Shown piece after piece: positions 11,380-23,312 of a DNA stretch of 64,000 bases. Origin of the DNA: Macrostomum lignano. Taxonomy: Eukaryota. The position numbers and the translations under genes were made by a program. The stretch covers positions 1 through 64,000 of the forward strand of contig NIVC01003858.1 of the NCBI GenBank assembly GCA_002269645.1, in the 5' to 3' direction. Below the pieces are notes generated by a model. It saw only the letters and a program-made list of their open reading frames with translations. It had not been told where the DNA came from and ran no database searches. How positions within the stretch are numbered: the first letter of the stretch is position 1; each line of letters begins with the position of its first letter.

Positions 11380-14300
11380 CAGTTAGTTAGTCCAAACCAA
11401 GGCATTTTGTCGCGAGAAAGTTGGATGCCTTAGCTTTTACCTTGTCTTGCTTCCGGGTGTTTTTTCCTGTCTAAATTGGTCAAGTTTACAGAATCATATT
11501 ATAAACTTGCGCTAACAATATTGATTTTCAATGTCGCCACTCAAGGTGGAGGTGAAGACTGGCGAGGAGTCGGACGTGCGGCTGTTCGCGGAGCGGGCCG
11601 CCCTCTACCGATTCGTGCAGGGCGAGTGGAAGTCCCGCGGCATCGGCGAGCTGAAGATTCTGCAGAGCGAAGGCGGAGCCAAATACCGAATTGTGATGCG
11701 GCGCGATCAGGTGAAGAAGCTGTGCGCCAATCACTGGATTGATGCGGCAATGAAGCTGAAGGAGGTGCAGAATGTCGCCAACGCCGTGTCCTGGACTGCC
11801 AACGATTTCTCTGACGGCGAGGCCAAGATGGAGATTCTGTGCGCCAGGTTCAAAACGCCTGAGCAGCTGGCTGAGTTCACCGCCAAGTTCACCGAGAGTC
11901 AGAAAGCTCTGCAGTCTGGAAAGCAGGTGGCTCCATCAGCTGCTGCTCCTAGTGACAGCAAGGCCGCTCCAGCGGCTGCAGCCTCATCAAGCTCAGTTCC
12001 CAGCCTCCTGGACCGGCTGAAGCCGCCACCAGGCAGCTGGTCCTGCCCGACATGCGCAGTTCAGAACACAAAGGACCAGGCCACGTGTCCCTGCTGCTCC
12101 ACTGCCAAGCCTGACGTCCCTGCCGCCTCGGCGAGTCCCGCCACCCACGCCGCTCCGGCCTCGTCAACTGCCACCACGGTGTCTTCTGCTCAGCCGCTCT
12201 TCTCCTTCGGTGGAATGTCGTTCGGCGGCGGCAGTCAGCAAGTCAGCAAGCCGACGGCCTCCGCCGGTGCGGGCGCCGCCGCTCCCAGCAGCTCAGCCTC
12301 GCCCTCTTCCAATTTCTCCTTTGGCTCTTCCGCCACCGCTGGTGGTGCCGGGACAGCTTCGACAATCAAGTTTGGCTTTGGTGGTTTCGGCTCGACACCA
12401 ACTTCGGCTGACAAGGTGGAACAGGCGCTGTTGTCAGATAAAGACTCGGCTGCCGCGAAGGATTCAAAGGACAAAGACTCGGCCGCCGCGAAGGACTCAA
12501 AGGACAAAGACTCGGCCGACGCGAAGGACTCAAAGGACAAAGACTCTGCCGCCGCGAAGGACTCAAAGGACAAAGACTCTGCCGCCGCGAAGGATTCAAA
12601 AGATAAAGACTCGAACGACTTGGTTCTGGTCGGCTTCGAGCCGTCCGTCACCGACGACCAGATTCGTCGGGCTCGCCGATTGAAGCTGCCGGATTATTTT
12701 TATGCCTACGAGAATCGCGCCAGCGATGACGGACACGAGAGCGACGGCGAGGGTGCCTACTCTGGGACTCGGCAGGTGAGAGAGATACTGCTCACCGTGT
12801 GACCGACTAGCTTGTGCGGGCCACATTAATTTGGGGCTTGCTGGGCGATTCACACGTACGCCTCATGAGAGCCAAACAGTGTACATGCCTGACAATTAGG
12901 AAGTCACAAATGGCTGCTGTACACCCGCTGTACACCCGCTGTACACCCACTGTACACCCTGTGTGAGCGTGTGTACGAAATAACTAAAAAACATTTATTG
13001 CACTGATACTAATACACTCTATTGTGCCTATATAGTGCATATATATAACCCGACACTTCACAGGAGCAGCAGGAGTCCCAGCAACAACAACAGCAACAAC
13101 AGCAGAAACCGTCTCAGCCTCCTAAACAACAGGAAATGTCAATTGGCATATTTGGCGAAAAAGCCAGTAGTATGTTTTCATTTGCTAGTCTGGCCTCCAC
13201 TGCCAACACTGACGCTTCCTCGAATGCGCCAGTCAACTTCTCTTGGTCTGGCGCCGGCTCTGTACTCTTCGGTGGCGGCGCCGCTGCCGCTGATAAAGCC
13301 GCCGACAATCGTCAAGCTGATTCAGCCGATGAAGATGAGGACGAGCACGATCCGCACTATGAGCCAGTGATTGAACTGCCCGAGCTAGTCTCAGTGAAAT
13401 CTGGCGAAGAGGACGAGACCGCGCTGTTCTGTCAGCGGGCCAAGCTGTACAGATGGACCGACGGTCAGTGGAAAGAGCGCGGAGTTGGTCAGATGAAAGT
13501 TCTGCAACAACGCGACGGCGCCGGTAGTCGGCTTGTAATGCGACGTGACCAGGTGCACAAATTGTGCTGCAATCATCGCCTTGGCCCCAATCTGCAATTC
13601 AAACCGATGCCAAACTCTGCCACCAGCGTCTGCTGGTTCTGCGTCGACTTCTCGGACGAAACCGCGCCGGAGGGTCGCAACGAGCAGCTGGCAATCAAGT
13701 TTAAAAATAAGGAAGAGCTAGCCGAGTTCCTGAAAGTCTGCTCTGAGGCTACTGGTGCTGCCGCGAGTCCAGGTTTGTTCTTGTTGGCCCCATCACCTGT
13801 TACTTTAAATCCTTATCTACCTTCAGAATTAGCGCCATAATCTTCAACTTCCTGATCCTTCAGAATTAGCGCCAAATGCTCCTGTTTAGCTTCCCGATCC
13901 TTCAGAATTAGCGCCAAATACCCCTGTTTAGCTTACCAATCCTTCAGAATTAGCGCCAAATACCCCTGTTTAGCTTACCAATCCTTCAGAATTGGCGCCA
14001 AATGCTCCTGTTTAGCTTCCCTATCCTTCAGAATTAGCGCCAAATACCCCTGTTTAGCTTACCAATCCTTCAGAATTAGCGCCAAATACCCCTGTTTAGC
14101 TTACCAATCCTTCAGAATTAGCGCCAAATACCCCTGTTTAGCTTACCAATCCTTCAGAATTAGCGCCAAATACCCCTGTTTAGCTTACCAATCCTTCAGA
14201 ATTGGCGCCAAATGCTCCTGTTTAGCTTCCCTATCCTTCAGAATTAGCGCCAAATACCCCTGTTTAGCTTACCAATCCTTCAGAATTAGCGCCAAATACC

Positions 14301-14482
14301 CCTGTTTAGCTTACCAATCCTTCAGAATTGGCGTCAAATACCCTTTTTTCCTGATCTTTTACGCCTTGTATTTGCTATACTAGCGTACTAAAAGAAATGA
14401 ATAATAATTTATTCTAATTGAATGTGCAGGCAAAGCGAACCAGACGAGCACCAACGGTTCTAATGATGTAATCAGTGACTGA
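2543..14482 (+). CDS. RANBP2: RanBP2/Nup358 nucleoporin, 6 exons, 2271 aa: helical N-terminal domain, coiled coil, RanBD-ZnF, duplicated RanBD-ZnF, IR (SUMO E3-type) motif, third RanBD; no cyclophilin domain
   Basis: Exons 2543-4664, 6090-7609, 9069-10250, 11546-12775, 13064-13772, 14430-14482 with GT-AG ends and consistent phases (1,0,0,0,1); total 6816 nt. N-terminus MFRSKQQVDKQV is Nup358-like. RanBDs VKTGEE..LF..RA.LYR..EWK.RG.G..K.L..R.VMRRDQV.KLC.NH. RanBP2-type ZnF W.CP.C...N......C.CC. IR-like LVGFEPSVTDDQIRRARRLKLPDYFY. FG motifs. AATAAA at 14613. Confidence 0.93.
4880..6010. repeat. 24-bp minisatellite (AAAAGAGTGAATCTAAGGTTGCTT) filling RanBP2 intron 1
   Basis: About 45 tandem units; source of the LKRVNLRL ORFs. 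Confidence 0.97.
7700..8830. mobile_element. Foldback-like element built of degenerate GCACGAAAGGTG-type units in opposed orientation (RanBP2 intron 2)
   Basis: GGCGGTAGGGGCA near 7845 is mirrored by TGCCCCTACCGCC near 8625. AAAGGTG-rich arm ~7840-8060 opposes CACCTTT-rich arm ~8480-8640. Confidence 0.55.
10330..10790 (+). mobile_element. Dispersed ~450-bp MITE-like repeat, copy 2 (RanBP2 intron 3)
   Basis: Same blocks as 797-1212. Left GAGTAATTGCAAGCAAC resembles the reverse complement of right GTTACCTGCAATGACTC (degenerate TIR). Confidence 0.7.
11085..11390. repeat. (TTAG)n microsatellite with ~50-bp compound units
   Basis: Direct reading. Confidence 0.95.
12437..12613 (+). repeat. Coding 33-bp tandem repeat (DKDSAAAKDSK x ~5.4) in RanBP2 exon 4
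   Basis: Direct reading; in frame. Confidence 0.9.
12820..12980 (+). mobile_element. Dispersed repeat family B (core GGCCGCTGTACACCCTGTGTGAGCGTGTG), copy in RanBP2 intron 4
   Basis: Related copies at ~16750-16835 (-), 35620-35750 (+), 53183-53300 (-), 61650-61830 (+) and 62590-62745 (-). Confidence 0.65.
13815..14345. repeat. 42-bp minisatellite (ATCCTTCAGAATTAGCGCCAAATACCCCTGTTTAGCTTACCA) in RanBP2 intron 5
   Basis: About 12 tandem units. Confidence 0.95.
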
Positions 14483-14875
14483 CAACATCTGCCGCTTATC
14501 CCTAAGAGGACTTGACAAAAATATTACTTACTTAATTATACTGTAACTGTTGTAGCTATGCAATTTTATCCCGAAACGTATTGGTACTTGCCTAAATTTA
14601 ACTATTTAAAACAATAAATGTTATACAGTATGCAAATTGGAATCTATATCTAGCTCTTACCACAGATACTGGCGTTAGAATAACTACTAGGTGTCTGCGC
14701 AGCGTCACTTAAATTTAATTGTAGCAGTTAAACTTCCTAATTTCTTCTTTAGGTTTGGTGGCCTCAGGAGTATATGGGGTTATGAATGAACAACAAGCAT
14801 TTAATTCGATGTACGCTAGTGAAAGCAAGACTAACAAAACTTAGTCTAAAAAGGGCAGACCCCGTTCTACTTCTG

Positions 14876-15293
14876 CCAATCAGAGAGCAGTAAGAAGAGA
14901 GGTGAAAGTCAGACGAACGAAACTCAGCCTAGGAGGCAGGCCTAATCTAGCTCAGCCAATGAGAGAGCAGTAAGGAGAGAGGTGAAAGTCAGACGAACGA
15001 AACTCAGCCTAGGAGGCAGGCCTAATCTAGCTCAGAGCCAATGAGAGAGCAGTAAGGAGAGAGGTGAAAGTCAGACGAACGAAACTCAGCCTAGGAGGCA
15101 GGCCTAATCTAGCTCAGCCAATGAGAGAGCAGTAAGGAGAGAGGTGAAAGTCAGACGAACGAAACTCAGCCCAGGAGGCAGGCCTAATCTAGCTCAGCCA
15201 ATGAGAGAGCAGTAAGGAGAGAGGTGAAAGTCAGACGAACGAAACTCAGCCTAGGAGGCAGGCCTAATCTAGCTCAGCCAATGAGAGAGCAGT
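14876..15293. repeat. 80-bp tandem repeat x ~5 (AGCCAATGAGAGAGCAG...CTAATCTAGCTC)
   Basis: Near-identical units between the convergent 3' ends of RanBP2 and the membrane-protein gene. Confidence 0.93.
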
Positions 15294-16299
15294 AGGCTGG
15301 GGCGCCACCACATTTGTATTCCTCTCTATGCGCATTGGATTTGGGTGCAGCTTTGAACAGGATGAAAATGCTAATTTAGTGGGTCTGCTTGTAGACAGCC
15401 TGAGGCAGCTTTGATTTTATACTATTTAAAAGGACAAAAAAGCGCTAATTTTGCTACTAATGACAGAGTAGATGAGCGCATTTTTTACAATTGGCATATA
15501 CCGTAGTAGTTATTCTAGTATTTGTGGCTCGTACTAGACGAAGCTAAGATAAGTTATACCATCGAAAATATTTAACCTATTTTTTCTTTAATAATTAGAC
15601 TTGATCTATTGATATTTTCTTATTATTAAGACTAAGCCCTGTACTACCCAGTGAAATAAAGTTGGTTGTGCGTGTGTCTATATTGTGTTTCATAATTTTG
15701 CTTGTTTGTATGTTTATGACTTGCCTGCCTGCCTGCGCCACACCGTGTGAATGCGTGATATAATATACTTGTAATTTCATATTTGTCAAGTTTAGTAGTG
15801 CTATCAATTCTGATCTTATAATTGTTTCAATAAAACTGATTGATTAGCATTTATGTTGCAAGTCTGTATTGATAGTGTCTGCTGCTCCTTTCCAAACTAA
15901 TATTATTCTCCCGTGGCTTTTGTCTACTTCGTATGCTGTTTCTGGTGTGCTTCAACTTTCTGCTTTTTAATATTTATCCATTGCATATGCGTCCATTTTC
16001 GGGTCTCGTGTTTTTTTCTGATTTCCTAGTAAATAATTTTTATAACAAAATTTAAAAATAATTGTAGTTTGCACTTTAAACTCACTTTACTGTATGTTAT
16101 CTACTAAATTTATTTATAGTAATACTAAAACAATATAAGGTTTCATGTAACTAATAATTTTTTTACAAATATTAATAATAATTCAAATAATATTGCACGC
16201 TCGTATTCTGCGGGTTTAATTAAAATCAAAATAATTGTTGTCATCGATTAAAATGGGTCGTGTTTCTTATATTAAACTTGTAGTTATTATCTGACTAAT

Positions 16300-16443
16300 T
16301 GCCATCCTCAGTGACCATCATCTCCCTGCAGTGCCGCCCTCGGTGACCATCATCTCCCTTCAGTGCCATCCTCAGTGACCATCATCTCCCTTCAGTGCCA
16401 TCCTCAGTGACCATCATCTCCCTTCAGTGCCATCCTCAGTGAC
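16300..16443. repeat. 32-bp tandem repeat x ~4.5
   Basis: GCCATCCTCAGTGACCATCATCTCCCTTCAGT units. Confidence 0.9.
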
Positions 16444-16870
16444 ACTGATGTTGAAACTTCTTGTAAAGCTTCTCTGTATAGCGGCGGAGGTCATAAGAAG
16501 CATACAGACGAATATATTTCGGTGTGCTCTTGAAAACAAAAAACATTAGTTCGAGTAAAATGTTAACAGGTTTGTATTTTTAAACCAAAAACTTATTTTA
16601 AAAGTGCAAACTTTAGTTTTGGGTTAATTTGAAGTGAATTTTATTAGGGCAAAAAATATACCGATTAGGCACACCAACTAAAGGAAACCTAATCTTAACT
16701 TTTTTATTCTATCGATATTATTTTTAATAGATCAACCTGGCTTCTGCCCGTTCAGGTGTATGATACTGTACACACGCTCACACAGGGTGCACCGCGGCCC
16801 TTTGACTTTCTAATCGGTCACTGGTGTTTAATGTACTCATGTTGTAGCTGTCCATCAGCTCAAATCCAGC

Positions 16871-19057
16871 TCAGAGCATCTGTTGATCCGACGAATTCTT
16901 CAACGTCGGCACTCCGTCGTCTTCGCCGACTTCGCTACCGGAAGCTCCGCCGTCCCGATGCTCTCCGTCGTCAGTCAGGTTGCCCTCTGGCGGCTTAAAC
17001 ACAGAGTTGTCCATCAGCATGTCCTCTTCTGCGTCGCCTGTGCGCTTTCTGGTCTTCTGCTTTTTCTGGCCCAGCTGCATCGGCGAGGCGGCGCCGCTGC
17101 GCACCTGGATGATCTCCGACAAGTTGCTGGCCGACTGCTGGCTGACTCCGCTCTGTCGAGCTCGCGGATCGCCTTCGTTCAGCGACTTTTCAAATCTGTG
17201 GTTATAAAAATTCGAGTCGTTTTCTTAGTTTGAACATCTGATCCAATCTTGTGTCAACTTTTGGTTTGGCGAACTTGTTACATATATTAATATGGGTAAA
17301 ATATTCGAAAAGGTTTATTTTAGGCCATTTTTAGATAGTCTCTTGGAGATTGCTCGAACGCAGCGAATCTTCGTGTGCATAGGACTTGGCGCCCGGTTAC
17401 AGGTTTGGCGTCCCCTCCTCGCTACAGGTTTGGCGCCCCCTCCCGCTACAGGTTTGGCGCCCCCTTTTCACAGCAGGTTTGGCGCCCCCTCCTCGCTACA
17501 GGTTTGGCGCCCCCCCCGCTACAGGTTTGGCGCCCCCTTTTCACAGCAGTTTTGGCGCCCCCTCCTCGCTACAGGTTTGGCGCTCCCTCCTCACAGCAGT
17601 TTTGGCGCCCCCTCCCCGCTACAGGTTTGGCGCCCCCTTTTCACAGCAGGTTTGGCGCTCCCTCCTCACAGCAGGTTTGGCGCCCCCTCCCCGCTACAGG
17701 TTTGGCGCCCCCTTTTCACAGCAGGTTTGGCGCTCCCTCCTCACAGCAGGTTTGGCGCCCCCTCCCCGCTACAGGTTTGGCGCCCCCTTTTCACAGCAGG
17801 TTTGGCGCCCCCTCCCCGCTACAGGTTTGGCGCCCCCTTTTCACAGCAGGTTTGGCGCCCCCCCCCCTCACAGCAGGTTTGGCGCCCCCTTCTCACAGCA
17901 GGTTTGGCGACCCCCCTCACAGCAGGTTTAGCGCCCCCTTCTCACAGCAAGTTTGGCGCCCCCTAGCCGCTACAGGTTTGGCGACCCCTTTTCACAGCAG
18001 GTTTGGCGCCCCCTTCTCACAGCAGGTTTGGCGCCCCCCCCCCTCACAGCAGGTTTGGCGCCCCCCCCCTCACAGCAGGTTTGGCGCCCCCTTCTCACAG
18101 CAGGTTTGGCGCCCCCTTCTCACAGCAGGTTTGGCGCCCCCTCCTCACTACAGGTTTGGCGCCCCCTCCTCGCTACAGGTTTGGCGCCCCCCCTCACAGC
18201 AGGTTTGGCGCCCCCTTCTCACAGCAGGTTTGGCGCCCTCCTCACAGCAGGTTTGGCGCCCCCCTCACAGCAGGTTTGGCGAACTTCTCAAAGCAGGTTT
18301 GGCGCCCCCTCACAGCAGGTTTGGCGAACTTCTCAAAGCAGGTTTGGCGCCCCCTCACAGCAGGTTTGGCGCCCCCCCTCACAGCAGGTTTGGCGCCCCC
18401 CCTCACAGCAGGTTTGGCGCCCCCCATCAGAGCAGGTTTGGCGAACTTCTCAAAGCAGGTTTGGCGCCCCCTCACAGCTCACCCAACATTATTGAATTCT
18501 CCCGTTCCGTTGCGACTCCCGGCGACTCCAGCGGCTACGTTATTGCCGCCGCCTCCGCCGCTCCAGTCAATGGCGGCTCCCGCCGACTTTCCCGACTTGC
18601 TTTTCGACTTGTTGGACTTGTTCTTTGACGACTTCTTCTTGTGCCTCTGCTGCTTCTGCTTGCTATCAGATCCGGGCTCAGTGTCCAGAGCCACTTTGTC
18701 CGGCTGCAGCTGCTGCTTCTGCTGCCCTGTGGACAGGTCTCCGGCCTTGAAATCCGCGCCCGAGGCAGCCACTTTGTTATCGCGCGTTGATTGTTCTGAC
18801 TTCCTGCGCTGCCGCATCTCGCTGCTGGCGCTGGCCAGGTTCTTGCGGCGCTGCTTTGTCCTGGAAGAGTAGAAGTGGCAGGTATAGAACCCACTGAGTT
18901 CGTCATCATCATCATCAGTACCAACATTCTTTTCATCGTTATCATTAGCATCATCATCATCGTCATTGTCGTCGTTAAGCATCATTATCTCTATTATCAC
19001 CATCATTATCATCATTACCATCAACATTATCAACATCATCATCATTATCATCACTTT

Positions 19058-19095
<38 letters not shown>

Positions 19096-19196
19096 TATCA
19101 TCATCATCATCATCACTTTATCATTATCATCATCACTTTTATCATCATCATCATCATCATCATCACCATCATCATCATCATTATCATCATCACTTT

Positions 19197-19248
<52 letters not shown>

Positions 19249-22200
19249 CTTTATCATTATCATCATCACTTTTATCATCATCATCACTTTATCATTATCA
19301 TCATCACTTTTATCATCATCATCACTTTATCATTATCATCATCACTTTTATCATCATCATCATCATCATCATAATCACCATCATCATCATCATTATCATA
19401 ATTATCATCATCATCACTATCATCATCATCATTATCGTCACTTTATCAGCATCACCATCAACATCATCATTATCATCACCTTATCATCATCATCACCATC
19501 ATCATCATCATTATCATCATCACTTTATCATCATTATCATTATCATTATCATCACTTTATCATCATCATCACCATCATCATCATCATTATCATCACTTTA
19601 TCATCATCATCACCATCAGCATCATCATCTTTATCATCACTTTATCATCATCACCATCAACATCATCATTATCATCACCTTATCATCATCATCACCATCA
19701 TAGTCATCATTATCATCATTATCATCACTTTATCATCATTATCACCATCATCATCATCATTATCATCACTTTATCATCATCATCACCATCATAATTATCA
19801 TTATCATCATCACTTTATCATCATTATCACCATCATTATCATCACTTTATCATCATCATCACCATCATCATCATCATTCTCATCATTATCATCATCACCA
19901 TCATCATCATCATTCTCATCATTATCATCATCACCGTCATCATCATCATTGTCATCATCATATTTTTCATCTCTAAAAGCATAAATATCACAGAAAGCAT
20001 TATAATATTTTCACAACTCACTGATGATGTCTCAAAGCCAAGGCCACAATAATGAGAACCAGAGTGCCCAGCACGAATATTGGCACAATCACTTTATTGG
20101 CGAGCACTGGCGGTGGTACAGAATAGAAAATGGCGTTGATGTAGACCAGACTGTAGCCCACGGAAGTTGAAACGGATTCGCGTTGTTTCTGGGCAATTTC
20201 TAGGAAATGGAAGGAGAAAAACAAATATACACGCAATCTATCAACTACTTATTTTGCTTAGTGTTCTTGATTTCTAAGAAATCTAAATAAAAAACTTTTC
20301 TCTTTTTGCCAACAGGGTGCCCATTTTCGTATGGCGCTAATTTTGGGGGCACTCATTTTCCTGTGGCGCTCATTTTCCTGTGGCGCTCATTTTCCTGTGA
20401 CGCTCATTTTCCTGTGACGTTCATTTTCCTGTGGCGCTCATTTTCCTGTGGCGCCTATTTTCCTGTGGCGCTCATTTTCCTGTGGCGCTTATTTTCCTGT
20501 GGCGCTAATTTTCCTGTGGCGCTAATTTTCCTGTGGCGCTTATTTTCCTGTGGCGCTAATTTGGGGGTGGCGCTCTTTTCCTGTGGCGCATATTTTCCTG
20601 TGGTGCTAATTTGGGGGTGGCGCCCTTTTCCTGTGGCGCTAATTTGCGGGCGCTCATTTTCTTGTGACGCTCATTTTCCTGTGACGTTCATTTTCCTGTG
20701 GCGCTCATTTTCCTGTGGCGCTTATTTTCCTGTGGCGCTCATTTTCCTGTGGCGCTAATTTTCCTGTGGCGCTAATTTTCCTGTGGCGCTTATTTTCCTG
20801 TGGCGCTAATTTGGGGGTGGCGCTCTTTTCCTGTGGCGCTTATTTTCCTGTGGCGCTAATTTGGGGGTGGCGCCCTTTTCCTGTGGCGCTAATTTGCGGG
20901 CGCTCATTTTCTTGTGACGCTCATTTTCCTGTGACGTTCATTTTCCTGTGGCGCTCATTTTCCTGTGGCGCTTATTTTCCTGTGGCGCTCATTTTCCTGT
21001 GGCGCTTATTTTCCTGTGGCGCTAATTTTCCTGTGGCGCTAATTTTCCTGTGGCGCTTATTTTCCTGTGGCGCTAATTTGGGGGTGGCGCTCTTTTCCTG
21101 TGGCGCTTATTTTCCTGTGGCGCTAATTTGGGGGTGGCGCCCTTTTCCTGTGGCGCTAATTTGCGGGCGCTCATTTTCTTGTGGCGCTAATTTGAGAGCG
21201 CCTATTTTCCTGTGGCGCTATTTGAAGGCGCCCTATTTTCTTTGTGGCGCTCATTTGGATTCGCCAAGTTTTTTGTGGCGCTAATCGGTCCTCGAAAGCT
21301 CCATTTAAGCGCCGTATCCTGATATTAAAATTTTGCAATGCCATGTAGTCTAAAATGACAAGCTGATAATAGAAATTGCCATAAGCAACTTGCCTGCAAC
21401 CGCAGCAGCTGGAAGGCGAACCCGGCTCGATCCAACTGTGAACTCAATGCCAACGCGAACGTTGAGGTAGCGAGATTTGTAATTTACCGGATATCCGGCG
21501 CTAATTACCACCGCTGAAGCTGTGAAACTCCTGAAATTTGGAAAGGAGCAGAAAAAGGTATTGATACGCGTCGTGTACTACTCTCAGCAGCTTAATCTCT
21601 AGGGAGGGTGCCAGATCATGAAGTAAGAGTACCAGATTCTCTAAGAGTGCCAGATTCTCTAAGAGTGCCAGATTCTCTAAGAAGAGGCCAGATTCTCTAA
21701 GAAGAGTGTCAGATTCTCTAAGAGTGCCAGATTCTCTAAGAGTGCCAGATTCTCTAAGAAGAGGCCAGATTCTCTAAGAAGAGTGCCAGATTCTCTAAGA
21801 AGAGGCCAGATTCTCTAAGAAGAGTGTCAGATTCTCTAAGAGTGCCAGATTCTCTAAGAGTGCCAGATTCTCTAAGAAGAGGCCAGATTCTCTAAGAAGA
21901 GTGCCAGATTCTCTAGGAGTGCCAGATTCTCTAGGAAGAGTGCCAGATTCTCTAAGAAGAGGCCAGATTCTCTAAGAAGAGGCCAGATTCTCTAAGAAGA
22001 GTGCCAGATTCTCTAAGAAGAGTGCCAGATTCTCTAGGAAGAGTGCCAGATTCTCTAAGAAGAGGCCAGATTCTCTAAGAAGAGTGCCAGATTCTCTAAG
22101 AGTGCCAGATTCTCTAAGAAGAGGCCAGATTCTCTAAGAAGAGTGTCAGATTCTCTAAGAGTGCCAGATTCTCTAAGAGTGCCAGATTCTCTAAGAAGAG

Positions 22201-22607
22201 GCCAGATTCTCTAAGAAGAGTGTCAGATTCTCTAAGAGTGCCAGATTCTCTAAGAGTGCCAGATTCTCTAAGAAGAGGCCAGATTCTCTAAGAAGAGTGC
22301 CAGATTCTCTAGGAGTGCCAGATTCTCTAGGAAGAGTGCCAGATTCTCTAAGAAGAGGCCAGATTCTAAGAAGAGTGCCAGTTTTTATATATCTAGATAG
22401 AAGGGTTTAGAAATGCATATGGTCGGGGAACTTTCGCGAACGTGGCATACTGGGGCCAATCCTGTTTCAATACACAAGCTAGCTCACTCACACATCCGAT
22501 GTCGAGTTGATGGCGCAGGTGACAAAATTCGCTCTGTTCGAACAGTAGTCCTTTAGTCCGGTCAGCATTGCCGACTGCAGCTTTGTCTGTTGGTTCTCCT
22601 GCTCCCA
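16871..22607 (-). CDS. Uncharacterised single-pass membrane protein (at least 5 exons, 377 aa recovered, 5' end unresolved): Cys-containing SEA-like ectodomain, TM helix, Lys/Ser-rich cytoplasmic tail
   Basis: Minus-strand exons 22607-22492, 21530-21394, 20199-20022, 18860-18483 and 17195-16871 join in one frame (phases 2,1,2,2; 1134 nt). Sequence WEQENQQTKLQSAMLTGLKDYCSNRANFVTC..GYPVNY..; TM VIVPIFVLGTLVLIIVALAL followed by RHHQTKQRRK; stop TGA. One donor is GC (CAG|GCAAGT). Confidence 0.78.
17390..18478. repeat. GGTTTGGCGCCCC-core minisatellite (~21-24 bp) filling an intron
   Basis: More than 40 degenerate units; source of the RFGAP/QVWRP ORFs. Confidence 0.96.
18900..19962. repeat. ~1.06-kb degenerate (ATC)n trinucleotide array, intronic
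   Basis: Direct reading; source of the poly-H/I/S ORFs. Confidence 0.97.
20330..21285. repeat. 17-bp minisatellite (GGCGCTCATTTTCCTGT) with higher-order blocks
   Basis: More than 50 units; a block of about 240 bp is repeated. Confidence 0.96.
21620..22381. repeat. 18/21-bp minisatellite (GATTCTCTAAG[AAG]AGTGCCA)
   Basis: About 37 units of two lengths. Confidence 0.96.
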
Positions 22608-22844
22608 CTGTATTTGTATAGAATTGTTTCTAGTCAATTTGAGCCACAAGTTTCACAGATTACACTACTGATTATAAGTGCGAGTAGCTAGTAAAGATTT
22701 TTTATATTATTTTAAAAACAATAGTGTTCAGTTTACAGAAAAAAAGCCAAATGCTGTGGGTTTGCATGGTTTCCCTGCCTGCATCAGTCAGTCTCACTGT
22801 TGGTCTGAGTTTCTGTCTCCGTACAAGCGTGTCTTAGTGTCGTA

Positions 22845-22861
22845 ATGTCTATCTGTTTTTG

Positions 22862-22892
<31 letters not shown>

Positions 22893-22973
22893 GTGTCTGT
22901 CTGTGTGTCTGTCTGTCTTTGTGTCTGTCTGTCTGTCTGTCTGTGTGTCTGTCTGTCTGTCTGTCTGTCTTTG

Positions 22974-23040
<67 letters not shown>

Positions 23041-23101
23041 ACGTGTGTCTGTCTGTCTGTCTGTCTGTGTGTGTGTCTGTCTGTGTGTCTGTCTGTCTTT
23101 G

Positions 23102-23144
<43 letters not shown>

Positions 23145-23161
23145 GTGTCTGTCTGTCTTTG

Positions 23162-23256
<95 letters not shown>

Positions 23257-23261
23257 ACGTG

Positions 23262-23312
<51 letters not shown>

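Noticed and set aside
14430-14482. Absence of a C-terminal cyclophilin domain in RanBP2 as a novelty
   Set aside because: Invertebrate Nup358 proteins such as the Drosophila and nematode ones also lack it.
14876-15293. CRISPR-like regular repeats (also the 42-, 32-, 30- and 23-bp arrays)
   Set aside because: Units are contiguous with no unique spacers, there are no cas genes, and the context is eukaryotic.
17292-18478. 180-417 aa Pro/Gly/Arg-rich ORFs in several frames
   Set aside because: Stop-free minisatellite open in all frames; lies in an intron of the minus-strand gene.
18875-19984. Poly-His/Ile/Ser ORFs suggesting a metal-binding protein
   Set aside because: (ATC)n microsatellite; intronic.
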